NCBI GenBank assembly: GCA_040219255.1
Contig: JAVJSW010000011.1
Location: 1-64,000, forward strand
Source: Sumerlaeia bacterium
Lineage (GTDB): Bacteria > Sumerlaeota > Sumerlaeia > SLMS01 > JAHLLQ01
Length of the DNA stretch: 64,000 bases
Reading direction: 5' to 3'
Position numbers and translations under genes: made by a program
The notes under the pieces: generated by a model
The model's input: only the letters and a program-made list of their open reading frames with translations
Database searches by the model: none
Told to the model about the DNA's origin: nothing
Part shown: positions 36,285 through 45,355 of the stretch, one piece after another
How positions within the stretch are numbered: the first letter of the stretch is position 1
Layout: the number at the start of each line of letters is the position of its first letter

Positions 36285-38023
36285 ACGGTTCCAAGACTGT
36301 GGACGCAGGCCAGGTCAGAGTGGGGGAACGGTTGGCCAAGGCCGGCGCCGTCGCGCAGGAGGCCATTCTCAGAGGACTGGCCCAGCAAGAAAGCGAGCGG
36401 CTGGCCACCGGCTCTCAACGTCCGCTCGGCGAAATCGTCTTCGAAATCACCGGCTCCTCCCGTCCGGAAATCGGCATGATCGTGGCCGAGGCCATCGGCT
36501 TTCCCTGGTGCCGGCCTGAAAAGGAAACGGTCGGCGAAGCGGCGCGTGATCTACTGCCTCCGCGCATGGCCCTCCACTACATCGCCGTCCCGCTCGCTTT
36601 CGATTCAGACCGGCGAGTCCTCACCCTGGCCATGGCCCGGCCCCAGGACCGGACGCAGCGCGACGAAATCGAAATGCTGCTCGGCGACTCGATCCGCATC
36701 GAACCGCGCTTCTCATTCCCCGCCTACATCAAAGAGGCCATAAACAAAACCTATGGCGTCGGCGCCGAGAGCATCGACCGCATGACACGGGAGATCTCTC
36801 TCGCCGGCGAAGAAGACGAGGACGCCCTCGCCCACGGCGCCGACAACAGCGAAGACGCGGCGATCATCCGTTTCGTCAATCAGATCATCCGCGATGGCTA
36901 TCGCCTGCGGGCCACCGACATTCACTTCGAACCGGGCGAGGAAAGCTTCACCATCCGCTATCGCCTCGATGGGCTTCTCGAGGAAATCAAGGTTCCGCCC
37001 GCGCTCCGCCGCTTTCGCGCCGCCATCACCAGCCGTATCAAGGTCATGGCTCAGCTCAACATCGCCGATCAGCGGCTTCCCCAGGACGGCCGGATACCCT
37101 TCCGCGTCGGCCACGACAAGTTCGACCTGCGCGTCTCGGTGCTTCCCACACCCCTCGGGGAAGCCATCAACCTGCGCCTTCTCCGGCGCGACACCGTCAC
37201 CTTCGGCCTCGCCGACCTGGGCTTCGAGGAGGAAAGCCTGGAAGCCCTCGTGCGGGCGTCGTCCAATCCCAATGGCATGATCCTGATCACCGGACCGACA
37301 GGCAGCGGCAAGACCACCACCCTTTATTCCCTCCTGCAAAACGTCAGCAAACCGACCGTCAAAACCATCACCGTCGAAGACCCGGTCGAGTACCGCCTGC
37401 CCGGCATCATTCAGCTCCAGGTCCACGAAGAAATCGGCTTCACCTTCGCGCGGGCTTTGCGTTCGATCCTGCGCCACGACCCGGACGTCGTCCTCGTGGG
37501 AGAAATCCGCGACACGGAAACCGCCGACATCGCCGTCCGGATGTCGATGACCGGCCACTTGGTCTTTTCAACCCTCCACACCAACGACGCGGTGGCGACG
37601 GTGGCGCGGCTCCTCGATATGGACCAGGAGCCCTTCATCCTGGCATCGACCCTGACGTGCGTGCTGGCGCAGCGGCTCGTGCGCCTTCTCTGTCCCGAAT
37701 GCCGGCGCGTGCATCCGGTGCCGGAGGCGACACAGGCTCTTCTCGGCCCCGAACACTTCGGCCCCGGAGCGGCCTTTTCGATCAGCGAAGGCTGCGAAGC
37801 CTGCCGCCACACCGGCTATCGGGGGCGGTCGGTGATCTACGAATTGCTGGAAGTGAACGACGCCATCCGCCGGCGCATCATGGAGCGCGCCCCCGCCGAC
37901 GACTTCCGAGCCGACCTGCGCGCCCGCGGCATCCCAAGCCTTCGCGACAACGGCGTCGCTCTCGCCCGGCGGGGAATGACCTCGCTCGACGAAGTGCTGC
38001 GGGTGACGCAGAGTGTGGGGTAG
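36281..38023 (+). CDS. gspE: type II secretion ATPase (GspE/PilB)
   Basis: ATDIHFEP, RLPQDGR, Walker A GPTGSGKT, TVEDPVE, Walker B VLVGEIRD, STLHTN, CPEC..CEAC zinc site. Confidence 0.96.
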   Translation: MNGSKTVDAGQVRVGERLAKAGAVAQEAILRGLAQQESERLATGSQRPLGEIVFEITGSSRPEIGMIVAEAIGFPWCRPEKETVGEAARDLLPPRMALHYIAVPLAFDSDRRVLTLAMARPQDRTQRDEIEMLLGDSIRIEPRFSFPAYIKEAINKTYGVGAESIDRMTREISLAGEEDEDALAHGADNSEDAAIIRFVNQIIRDGYRLRATDIHFEPGEESFTIRYRLDGLLEEIKVPPALRRFRAAITSRIKVMAQLNIADQRLPQDGRIPFRVGHDKFDLRVSVLPTPLGEAINLRLLRRDTVTFGLADLGFEEESLEALVRASSNPNGMILITGPTGSGKTTTLYSLLQNVSKPTVKTITVEDPVEYRLPGIIQLQVHEEIGFTFARALRSILRHDPDVVLVGEIRDTETADIAVRMSMTGHLVFSTLHTNDAVATVARLLDMDQEPFILASTLTCVLAQRLVRLLCPECRRVHPVPEATQALLGPEHFGPGAAFSISEGCEACRHTGYRGRSVIYELLEVNDAIRRRIMERAPADDFRADLRARGIPSLRDNGVALARRGMTSLDEVLRVTQSVG

Positions 38024-38030
38024 GGCTCGG

Positions 38031-39533
38031 ATGGTGCGCGTACCGCTCAGGACCCTTCCGCAGGCCTTCATTCACCTGGTCGTCCTTTTCGCTTTGCTCG
38101 CCTCCCACCTCCCAGCCCAGGGGGACCTCGCCGGTTTGCTGGACGAGTGGGAAGGTACCCCGAAGGAGGACATTGCCGACCGGGATCAGTGGATCGAGCG
38201 CTTCGAGGTTTTCCTCTCGATGCCCCACGCGGAAGCCGACGAGCCGCACGCCCGGATGGCCCTCGGCGGGCTCTACCTTGAGGAAGGGCAATATGCCGCG
38301 GCGCGCGATCAGTTCGACCGGGTGATCGATCATCCGGAAGCTTATCCAGAGCAACTGATCAACGCGCACGACCTGGGGGCGAAAAGCGCCTTCGAGGCGC
38401 GGGCGCCGCTGCCCGAAGTCCTCGCGTACTACGACGCGCTTCGGGAATTCCTGCCGGAAACCGTGGGCATGCAAGAAGCCTACCGCAACACGCTCCTCTA
38501 CGGAACGGAGCAGGTGAAGGGCGAAGTGGCCGAGCAGTACCTGGCGCGAGAGGTGGAGCAATCTGGCCCGTCGGACTCGGCGCGCGATGGTTTGGAACTG
38601 GCGACAAGCGCCTATCGCCGCTCCGCCGACCTGTTCCGCGAGCGCTTCGAGTCGGGGCAGGTTCCAGACGGTTTTTCGGAAACGCTGCTCAGGCAGAAGT
38701 TCATCATCGGCCTGGAGAAGCTGATAGCGTTGCGGGACAAAGCCGACCGTGAATGGCGCCTTTTTCCCACCACCGAGCACCAAGTGCAAAATCGGGAATT
38801 CGCACTCAATACGCTTCTGGAAGCGGCCTCCCTGCCGAGCGGCGTTCCCCAGGAACTGGGCGATGAACTCTACGACACCGCCTACGCCCTCTACGAACTG
38901 ACGGGCGACGGCGACGCATTCGTGGCGAATGTGAACCTGGCTTTGTCGATCAGCGAGCCGGGCCACGGGTTGATCAACAAACTGACGCGTTTCGCCACCG
39001 GTGCCACGGACCGGGGCGAGGTGGGTTTGGCGCTGCCGCTCCTTCAACGAATCGTCACCTATCAGGAAGAAAACTTCCCGGAGGACCACGAAACCTACGG
39101 CACCTACAAGTGGGCCGTGGTGGCGCTGATCGACACGCACTACCGGCTGGGAAATCTGGCGGCTGCGGAGCAGGTCGGCGAAAAGGCGGATCGCTTGGTT
39201 TTCGAAGGCGGGTACCTGCAAGAGTACTACGGCAAGATGGAGGAGCGGCTGGGCAAGTCCCGCAGCGAGGCGGTCGGCGGTCTGGGCCTGGAAGTGCGGC
39301 ACGATACGCCCCCGCTGACGAAGACGGAAGGTTCGGAGGAGGAACTTGCCACCCCTCCCTCCGACCCCGCCGCGCAACCCAAACCCGCCATTGCCGCGCA
39401 CTCCGCGTCGGCTTCGCCGCCGGGCCGCAGCCGGATGAATCTGCTGCTTGTCGGGTTCGCCGCGGCCGGGGCGGTGCTGGCCGTGGCGCTGTTCCTCCGG
39501 AAGCGTCCGGCTACTTCCTCAGCCCGGCGCTGA
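38031..39533 (+). CDS. exported TPR-like protein with C-terminal membrane anchor
   Basis: Signal peptide, helical repeats, Pro/Ala/Ser linker, TM LLLVGFAAAGAVLAVALFL, basic tail RKRP. Confidence 0.7.
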   Translation: MVRVPLRTLPQAFIHLVVLFALLASHLPAQGDLAGLLDEWEGTPKEDIADRDQWIERFEVFLSMPHAEADEPHARMALGGLYLEEGQYAAARDQFDRVIDHPEAYPEQLINAHDLGAKSAFEARAPLPEVLAYYDALREFLPETVGMQEAYRNTLLYGTEQVKGEVAEQYLAREVEQSGPSDSARDGLELATSAYRRSADLFRERFESGQVPDGFSETLLRQKFIIGLEKLIALRDKADREWRLFPTTEHQVQNREFALNTLLEAASLPSGVPQELGDELYDTAYALYELTGDGDAFVANVNLALSISEPGHGLINKLTRFATGATDRGEVGLALPLLQRIVTYQEENFPEDHETYGTYKWAVVALIDTHYRLGNLAAAEQVGEKADRLVFEGGYLQEYYGKMEERLGKSRSEAVGGLGLEVRHDTPPLTKTEGSEEELATPPSDPAAQPKPAIAAHSASASPPGRSRMNLLLVGFAAAGAVLAVALFLRKRPATSSARR

Positions 39534-40770
39534 GGCTGAAAATCGGCGTCAACATCGCCACCACAAGCAACCCCATCACCACCCCGACGGCCAAGATCAG
39601 GAGCGGCTCCAGATAGGTGAGCAGCTTCGATACTTGCTCGTTGGCCCGTTCTTCCATCGATTCGGCAGTGTCGAGGAGCAAGGCGGACAATTCGCCCCCG
39701 TTCTCGCCGATGCTGACAAGGTTGAGCACCGATTCGCTGAAGATGTTTTGGCGCCGCATCTCCGCCGAGAGGCGGTGGCCCCGCGACACGCCTTCGAGAA
39801 TCCGTTCCGCCGCCAGGCCGAAAACCGAGTTGCCTCCAACCTCGGCGCAGATGCGTAGGCTCTGGGGAACGGGAATGCCGCTCTGCATCAAGATCCCCAG
39901 ATTGCGCAGAAAAGCCGCTTCCTCAAACTGCCGCAGCACCTGGCCCCAGGCCGGCAGTTTGAGCCGGAGCGCTCCCGCGGCGGGGGTCTTGGCGAACCGG
40001 ATGGCGCCAGCCACCAACGCCACGAGGCCTAGGATCACCGCCGGCAGCAGCCAAACCTTGTGCCGATCGGCGATTTGTCCCACCCCGAGGAGCAGATCCG
40101 TCAGCCACGGCAAATCCGCATCGATTTCCCGGTACATCGAAACGAAGCGCGGCAAGATGAAGAAAATCATGATCAGGACCGAGAGGATTCCGAAACAAAG
40201 CACAAACGAGGGGTAGGCGACAGCGTGCCGCACGCGGGCCTTCAGCGCGATTTCCTGACGCAGGGAAGAAGCGATCCGCGCCAGGGACTCGGCCAGCATC
40301 CCGCCATACTCCCCGGCCCGTACGATGCGCACCTGAAAGGTCGTGAAACACCCGCAGGCGGCCATCGCGGCGGAGAGCTGCTGACCCTGGCGAACGCCCT
40401 TCGACAGTTCGCCCGTTATCCGCCGCATGTTGCCCTTGTTCTCCTTTTCCAGGCTCCGCAGTGCGCCCTCGACGTCCATTCCCGAACGCAGGAGTGAGGA
40501 CATGTTGCGGGCAAAGGCCATGACCTCGGCCTTCGTTGGCCGCGGCAGCGCGGCGGAATCACCCGACAGCCGCGAAATCTTTGGCCCCAGGCGGGCGAGC
40601 AGAGGCCTCAGCAGGCCCCCCGGCGAGGCGGCGTCGGCGATTCGCACCGGCAGCAGACCTTCGCTCATCAGCCGCGCCGCGAGAGCCTGACGCGAATCCG
40701 CCTCGCGCTCCAGGTGGCGGTCTTCCCCGGAATAGGTCTTAGCGTGTACGATGAACAGCGGCATGGCCAC
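39511..40770 (-). CDS. gspF: type II secretion platform protein F
   Basis: LLRSGM, GEYGG.L, AYPSFVL, FILPRF, LMQSGIP, GENGGEL, LEPLLIL..AMLTPIF. Confidence 0.95.
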   Translation of the reverse strand: MAMPLFIVHAKTYSGEDRHLEREADSRQALAARLMSEGLLPVRIADAASPGGLLRPLLARLGPKISRLSGDSAALPRPTKAEVMAFARNMSSLLRSGMDVEGALRSLEKENKGNMRRITGELSKGVRQGQQLSAAMAACGCFTTFQVRIVRAGEYGGMLAESLARIASSLRQEIALKARVRHAVAYPSFVLCFGILSVLIMIFFILPRFVSMYREIDADLPWLTDLLLGVGQIADRHKVWLLPAVILGLVALVAGAIRFAKTPAAGALRLKLPAWGQVLRQFEEAAFLRNLGILMQSGIPVPQSLRICAEVGGNSVFGLAAERILEGVSRGHRLSAEMRRQNIFSESVLNLVSIGENGGELSALLLDTAESMEERANEQVSKLLTYLEPLLILAVGVVMGLLVVAMLTPIFSLSAGLRK

Positions 40771-40866
40771 CTCCTGCCTTCACGGCCGAGCCGGCCGGGG
40801 AGAATCGACTCTCAGCGGCGGACCGCTCGATCGGCTCACGTTTCCACCGGTCGTCATCGCGTCCGC

Positions 40867-42471
40867 TCATTCCTGGCCCCTCGAAGCGGAAGACTTGTTT
40901 CGTCTCGCGGCGCGGAGGCGCTTGAAACCTTCGATCAAAACCGTCGTCTCGCGAACGCGCAACAAATTCAACAGAGCCCCATAGATCAGCAAGGCCAGAA
41001 GCAGCCGAGTCCCTAGCGAAGCCGCGCCCAGCAGAAAACCCGATCCGGCGGGAAGGGGGACCAGTTCGACGATGCCACCCGCGACAAGAACGCAAAACGC
41101 CACCTTGGCGCAAAAGAGGATCGCGCTCCGGTAGGGAACCCGAAAATCCAGCCGCCTCAGAAAGAAAATCAGGGTCGCCACTTTGACCGCTCGCGCGATC
41201 GGCAGATACAGCGCCACCCCGGCGATTCCAAAGACCGGTGTCAGAAACCAGATCCCGACAGCCCCGGCGAACACCCCCGCCAACCCGCAACCCACCGCCA
41301 GCACAATCCGCTGATGGCCCTGGAAGTACGTCACCAGCACCATCTCCAGAGCGAAAAACGGCATCCCCAGCCCCAAGGCCAGCAGGGCCGCGGAGGTGAC
41401 GGCGATGGAACTCTCGCCGAAAGCACCGTCGCCGAACAGCAGCGCCACGATGGTTTCGCTCTCCAAAACGTAGAAGACCGCGGCGGGCAGGAAAAGCACG
41501 AACAGAATCCGCGCAGACCCCACCAGATACGCCCGCGACAGGTGCAGTTCCTTTCGCTCGGCGAAATCGGAAAAATACACGAAAAGCACCGCCGTCAGCG
41601 AAGCGGGAACCAGCATCAGCGGCAGGTCCACCAACACCTGGGCGAACATCAACCCCGACACCGTGCCCGGCGGCAGCCCCGACGCCATGCGCGTCTGAAA
41701 GGCCCGCCCCGCTTGACTGACCACATTCCCCAAAATCGTCGGCCCCGCCAGCGCCAAAATCGCCCACACCGCCGGAATCCGAACCTTCAAAGTGGCCCAT
41801 TCGCCGAACCGCTTCCAGTGATAACCCGACAAAACCAGCAAGGGCACCAGCGCGGAAAGCCAATAGGCGACCACCAGAAAACTGAATCCATTGCGGATCA
41901 CGAACAAAAACAAGCACGCGATGAAAACGATCTTCTGCATGTGATCCGCCGAAGCGGCGAATTCGAAGCGCTTCTGCACCTGGAGCGATAAAGAAAACAA
42001 GTATGTCGTGCTGACGATAACGGACACCGGCAGCAGCGATTGCACCATCTCCACCGCCAATAACTGCTTGGATGCTGAAAACCCGGGGGCGAAGAATCGC
42101 ACAATCTCGCCGGTGAACAAGTAGCCCGGAACCAGGACGAAAGCGCCCGTACCCGCCACCAGCCAGAAGGCGGCGGAGCCCGTGGCGGCGGCATTCTCCC
42201 GGCCACGATTCCGCGCCGAAGACAGCAACGGAATCAAAGCCACATGGAAAACGCCCTTCAAGAAGAAGCTGGCCATCAGCGAAATTTGCAACGCCAAAAA
42301 CCAAACATCCATGGCGTCGCCCGCGCCGAACAGGAACGAAAGAGTCTTCTTTTCGGCAAAACCCAGCAAGCGCAGCAAGACCACCAGCAGGCTGAGAGCG
42401 ACAGAGGAATAGATAATACGTCTGAGCATGGAACGAATTTCTTGCCGAAAGTACCGCTCTTCCGCCGCCAT
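40867..42471 (-). CDS. MurJ/MviN-type lipid-linked glycan flippase (MOP superfamily)
   Basis: Many TMs; LRLLGFAEK..FGAG..MD, FAPGF, MASGLPPGTVSGL..AQ.L..LP, IVALLFGDGAF; start 42471 or 42429. Confidence 0.85.
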   Translation of the reverse strand: MAAEERYFRQEIRSMLRRIIYSSVALSLLVVLLRLLGFAEKKTLSFLFGAGDAMDVWFLALQISLMASFFLKGVFHVALIPLLSSARNRGRENAAATGSAAFWLVAGTGAFVLVPGYLFTGEIVRFFAPGFSASKQLLAVEMVQSLLPVSVIVSTTYLFSLSLQVQKRFEFAASADHMQKIVFIACLFLFVIRNGFSFLVVAYWLSALVPLLVLSGYHWKRFGEWATLKVRIPAVWAILALAGPTILGNVVSQAGRAFQTRMASGLPPGTVSGLMFAQVLVDLPLMLVPASLTAVLFVYFSDFAERKELHLSRAYLVGSARILFVLFLPAAVFYVLESETIVALLFGDGAFGESSIAVTSAALLALGLGMPFFALEMVLVTYFQGHQRIVLAVGCGLAGVFAGAVGIWFLTPVFGIAGVALYLPIARAVKVATLIFFLRRLDFRVPYRSAILFCAKVAFCVLVAGGIVELVPLPAGSGFLLGAASLGTRLLLALLIYGALLNLLRVRETTVLIEGFKRLRAARRNKSSASRGQE

Positions 42472-43219
42472 CCCGGACCGCGAAGCTTCGATCTAGCCGT
42501 GAGCAACTGCGAAAGCCCCACGAACCAAACTCAATTCCCATAACGTGCCAAGTCCCATTTGCCCATTCCCCAGGGCGGAACCCGGAACTTCTGCGCATAG
42601 TTGAACTCACACAGCTTAGCGCCCCGGTGCAGGGAGACCGCAAAGCTGAGGAAAGAGGCCGGGATCGACCGGAGGCAACGGCCGGCGGGACTTGCGCCCG
42701 AACTCCGCCGCGCCAAAGGCCGCACCGCCCCGACCCGCCAAACATCCGCGCCCGCCCCTCCGCCGCTCCGGCTTGGCAAACGCGCCCCTTCATCCTCGCG
42801 GCCGCCCCAAAGGACGCCGTCATCGCCTCACAGCGCATCGCATTCATGGGAGTGACCCCTTCTTCTGTCCAACATGCGCGGGCCGGAAAGGGAGCGACGC
42901 CGCCCCCTCGCCGAACCCGCAAGATGGGAGGAGTGTGGGGGAGAGGCCAAAATTCGGCGCGTGGGAAACCCGTGGGTTTCTTCTGGGTTTTAACGGTCTC
43001 GGGGGTGTAAAAGGGTAACACGAGCGTCCCGCCCGTGGTCCGCCAGCGGTCTGCTACGCCCGATTGTGTTATCAAACCGCATCTTCTGGGGCAGCCAAGA
43101 GCAGCGCGTGAAGGAGAAATGTCGCCGCCGGACAGGGGCGAGACGCCCGTGCTACTCAGAGGAGGTTTGTTGGAATCATAGCACAGGCGCTGCTGCCCGT
43201 AAGCCGAACCCCACCAAGC

Positions 43220-43248
43220 AAAAAAATCCCCCCGGCATAACCAGAGGG
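43220..43248 (-). terminator. intrinsic terminator downstream of tRNA-Ala
   Basis: Minus strand CCCTCTGG-TTATG-CCGGGGGG stem (with G:U pairs) followed by ATTTTTTT. Confidence 0.7.
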
Positions 43249-43271
43249 CCTTCAAATCACACAAGTTAGAA

Positions 43272-43347
43272 TGGTGGAGCGAAGGGGAGTCGAACCCCTG
43301 ACCTCAGCATTGCGAACGCTGCGCTCTACCAACTGAGCTACCGCCCC
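43272..43347 (-). tRNA. tRNA-Ala (anticodon CGC)
   Basis: GGGGCGGTAGCTCAGTTGGTAGAGCG-CAGCG TT CGC AA TGCTG-AGGTCAGGGGTTCGACTCCCCTTCGCTCCACCA; 76 nt with encoded CCA. Confidence 0.97.
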
Positions 43348-43363
43348 ACTCGCAAGGGAGAGG

Positions 43364-43393
43364 AGTGTTCGAAATCGGGGGGGCGGCTGTCAA
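43364..43393 (-). promoter_or_regulatory. possible sigma70 promoter for tRNA-Ala
   Basis: TTGACA at 43393-43388 with a weak -10 (AACACT) 18 nt downstream. Confidence 0.4.
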
Positions 43394-43559
43394 GGGTGAA
43401 GGCGGGTCGTGGCGCGGAATTTTGGAGGGTGGGGTTGGCGGAGGCGGCGCGGTGTGCGACAATAGGATTGCGAGGCGGGGCGTGGTGGCGTCAGGGTCCT
43501 CCGCCGCCGGGCCCGCAAGGCGCGGGCGCGGCGAGGCGACTTCTTGCGAGGGGTGCTCT

Positions 43560-44663
43560 GTGAGTTACCGGGAAATCAATCGGCTGTGGAACACGGTGCT
43601 GTCGAGCGCGGACAAGCTGCTCGACCGCGACCGCATGCTGGGGCGGCCGCTGCGCATTCACATCGAAGTGAACGACTTCTGTAACCTGAAATGCCCCCAT
43701 TGTCCGCGCGAAAACCCGGACATCCCGAAAAACACGGGCCACATTCCCATCGAGGCGGTGCGCAATCTGGCGCCCTGGTTCAAGAAGGCGAACTACGTGG
43801 GGCTGGCGGGCAATGGCGAGCCGTTCCTGCACCCGCAAATCATGGATGTGCTGCGGTGCGTGACGGAGAATGGGGCGGCGCCTTCGGTGATCAGCAATGC
43901 GACGCTGTGGAAGAAGTACGATTATTTCCACGATCTGGTGCGGCTGGGGCCGATGCTGTTCATGGTCAGTTTCGACGGCGGGACGAAGGAGACCTTCGAG
44001 AAATGGCGCAAACGCGCGAATTTCGAGGAGGTGCAGGAAAACCTGATGCTCCTGAAGGAGGCGAAGGAACAGGCGCGTTCGCCCCATCCGGTGGTGAATT
44101 TCATCGTCTGCCTTATGCGCGACACCATCGGCGAGGTGGAAAACATCGTGGACATCGCCGCCAAATCGGGCGTGTCGGTCGTGCTGTTCCAGAACATGTA
44201 CCCGTATGTGGGGTCGCTGGAGAAGGAGCGGGTCAAGGACCTGGCGGAGTGCAACGCGGCCATCGAGCGCGCCCGCGCCCGCGCCCGCCAGCACGGCATC
44301 CGCATCGATTACCTGCCGATGAGCATGGACGTGGACGATCGCTCGGCGCCCGCCGCGAACGGCAACGGCAACGGGGCGAAGAAGAAAGCCTATCATTGCG
44401 ACAACGTCTGGCAGCAGATGCACGTGACGGTGAAGGGCGAGGTGAAGTTCTGCTGTTTCTGGACCGAGGGCGCGGTGGGCGACCTGACGAAGGACGACCT
44501 CGGCGATCTCTGGAACGGCGAGGAATGGCGGGCGCTGCGGCGCGACCTGCGGTCGGGCAGGAAACCGGGGCCCTGCGTGAACTGTCACAACCTGCAACTG
44601 GTGGACAAGAAAGCCATCGCCAAGGCCTCGCTTCAGGAGCTGAAGGACCTGGCGAAGCGGTAG
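43560..44663 (+). CDS. radical SAM protein with SPASM/twitch domain
   Basis: CNLKCPHC, GNGEPFL, VSFDG, C-terminal C..W...G.VKFCC...C..C. Confidence 0.9.
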   Translation: MSYREINRLWNTVLSSADKLLDRDRMLGRPLRIHIEVNDFCNLKCPHCPRENPDIPKNTGHIPIEAVRNLAPWFKKANYVGLAGNGEPFLHPQIMDVLRCVTENGAAPSVISNATLWKKYDYFHDLVRLGPMLFMVSFDGGTKETFEKWRKRANFEEVQENLMLLKEAKEQARSPHPVVNFIVCLMRDTIGEVENIVDIAAKSGVSVVLFQNMYPYVGSLEKERVKDLAECNAAIERARARARQHGIRIDYLPMSMDVDDRSAPAANGNGNGAKKKAYHCDNVWQQMHVTVKGEVKFCCFWTEGAVGDLTKDDLGDLWNGEEWRALRRDLRSGRKPGPCVNCHNLQLVDKKAIAKASLQELKDLAKR

Positions 44664-44730
44664 GTTTTCGTTGCCGGTGGGCGGGCGGGGGCTTAGTCTG
44701 GTGGCGAGATTGCGCGGAGGTTCGCAAACG

Positions 44731-45336
44731 ATGAGCCCGACGACTGTCGCCACCGAGCCGGAACTGAAGGTCAACCGCGTGCTCTTCACGCGCGACGAAT
44801 ACCACCGGATCGCCGCTTCCGGGGTTCTCGACGACCGCCGGGTCGAGCTGATCCGAGGAGAAATCGTTGAAATGAGTCCAATGGGATCGTCCCACATGTG
44901 GGTCCTGAATCGATTGAACGCGTTTTTCTCCACCCTGTACCAGACCCGTCAGGCGATCTCTTCCAACCAATGCCCCATCGCCGCCTCCGGCATCTCAGAG
45001 CCCCAACCCGACCTGTGCCTCGTCTCCCTCGATTGCGAGCGGCGCCAGGAAATCCCCACGGCGGCCGACATTTTTCTCATCATCGAAGTCTCCGACAGCT
45101 CCCTTGAATCCGACCGCCGCCTCAATGGCCCCCTCTACGCCGAGGCGGGCGTCGCCGAGTACTGGATCGCCAACATCGCCGACCGCTGCCTGGAAATCCA
45201 CCGCGACCCCGATCCCGCGCACGCCGTCTATCGCCAGCGCCTCATCGTCCGGGGCCAGGAGCCTATCGCGCCATTGGCCTTTCCAGAGATGACCATCCTG
45301 CCAGACCGGGTTTTCGGCAAAGAGGCTGACCAGTAA
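44731..45336 (+). CDS. Uma2 family (DUF820) endonuclease-like protein
   Basis: FTRDEYHRI, VELIRGEIVEMSP, EPQPD, IEVSDSSL..DR, YAEAGVAEYWI. Confidence 0.9.
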   Translation: MSPTTVATEPELKVNRVLFTRDEYHRIAASGVLDDRRVELIRGEIVEMSPMGSSHMWVLNRLNAFFSTLYQTRQAISSNQCPIAASGISEPQPDLCLVSLDCERRQEIPTAADIFLIIEVSDSSLESDRRLNGPLYAEAGVAEYWIANIADRCLEIHRDPDPAHAVYRQRLIVRGQEPIAPLAFPEMTILPDRVFGKEADQ

Positions 45337-45355
45337 GGCGGCCGAGGGGCAAGCC

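Noticed and set aside
38031-39533. PEP-CTERM/LPxTG assignment for the anchored TPR protein
   Set aside because: The signature motif is absent and no exosortase or sortase is in the window
30260-40770. Type IVa pilus interpretation
   Set aside because: No PilT retraction ATPase here; GspG- and GspK-type pseudopilins point to a T2SS-like system
40739-43264. 841-aa minus-strand ORF
   Set aside because: Alternative frame over the flippase, low-complexity Gly/Arg content, no motifs
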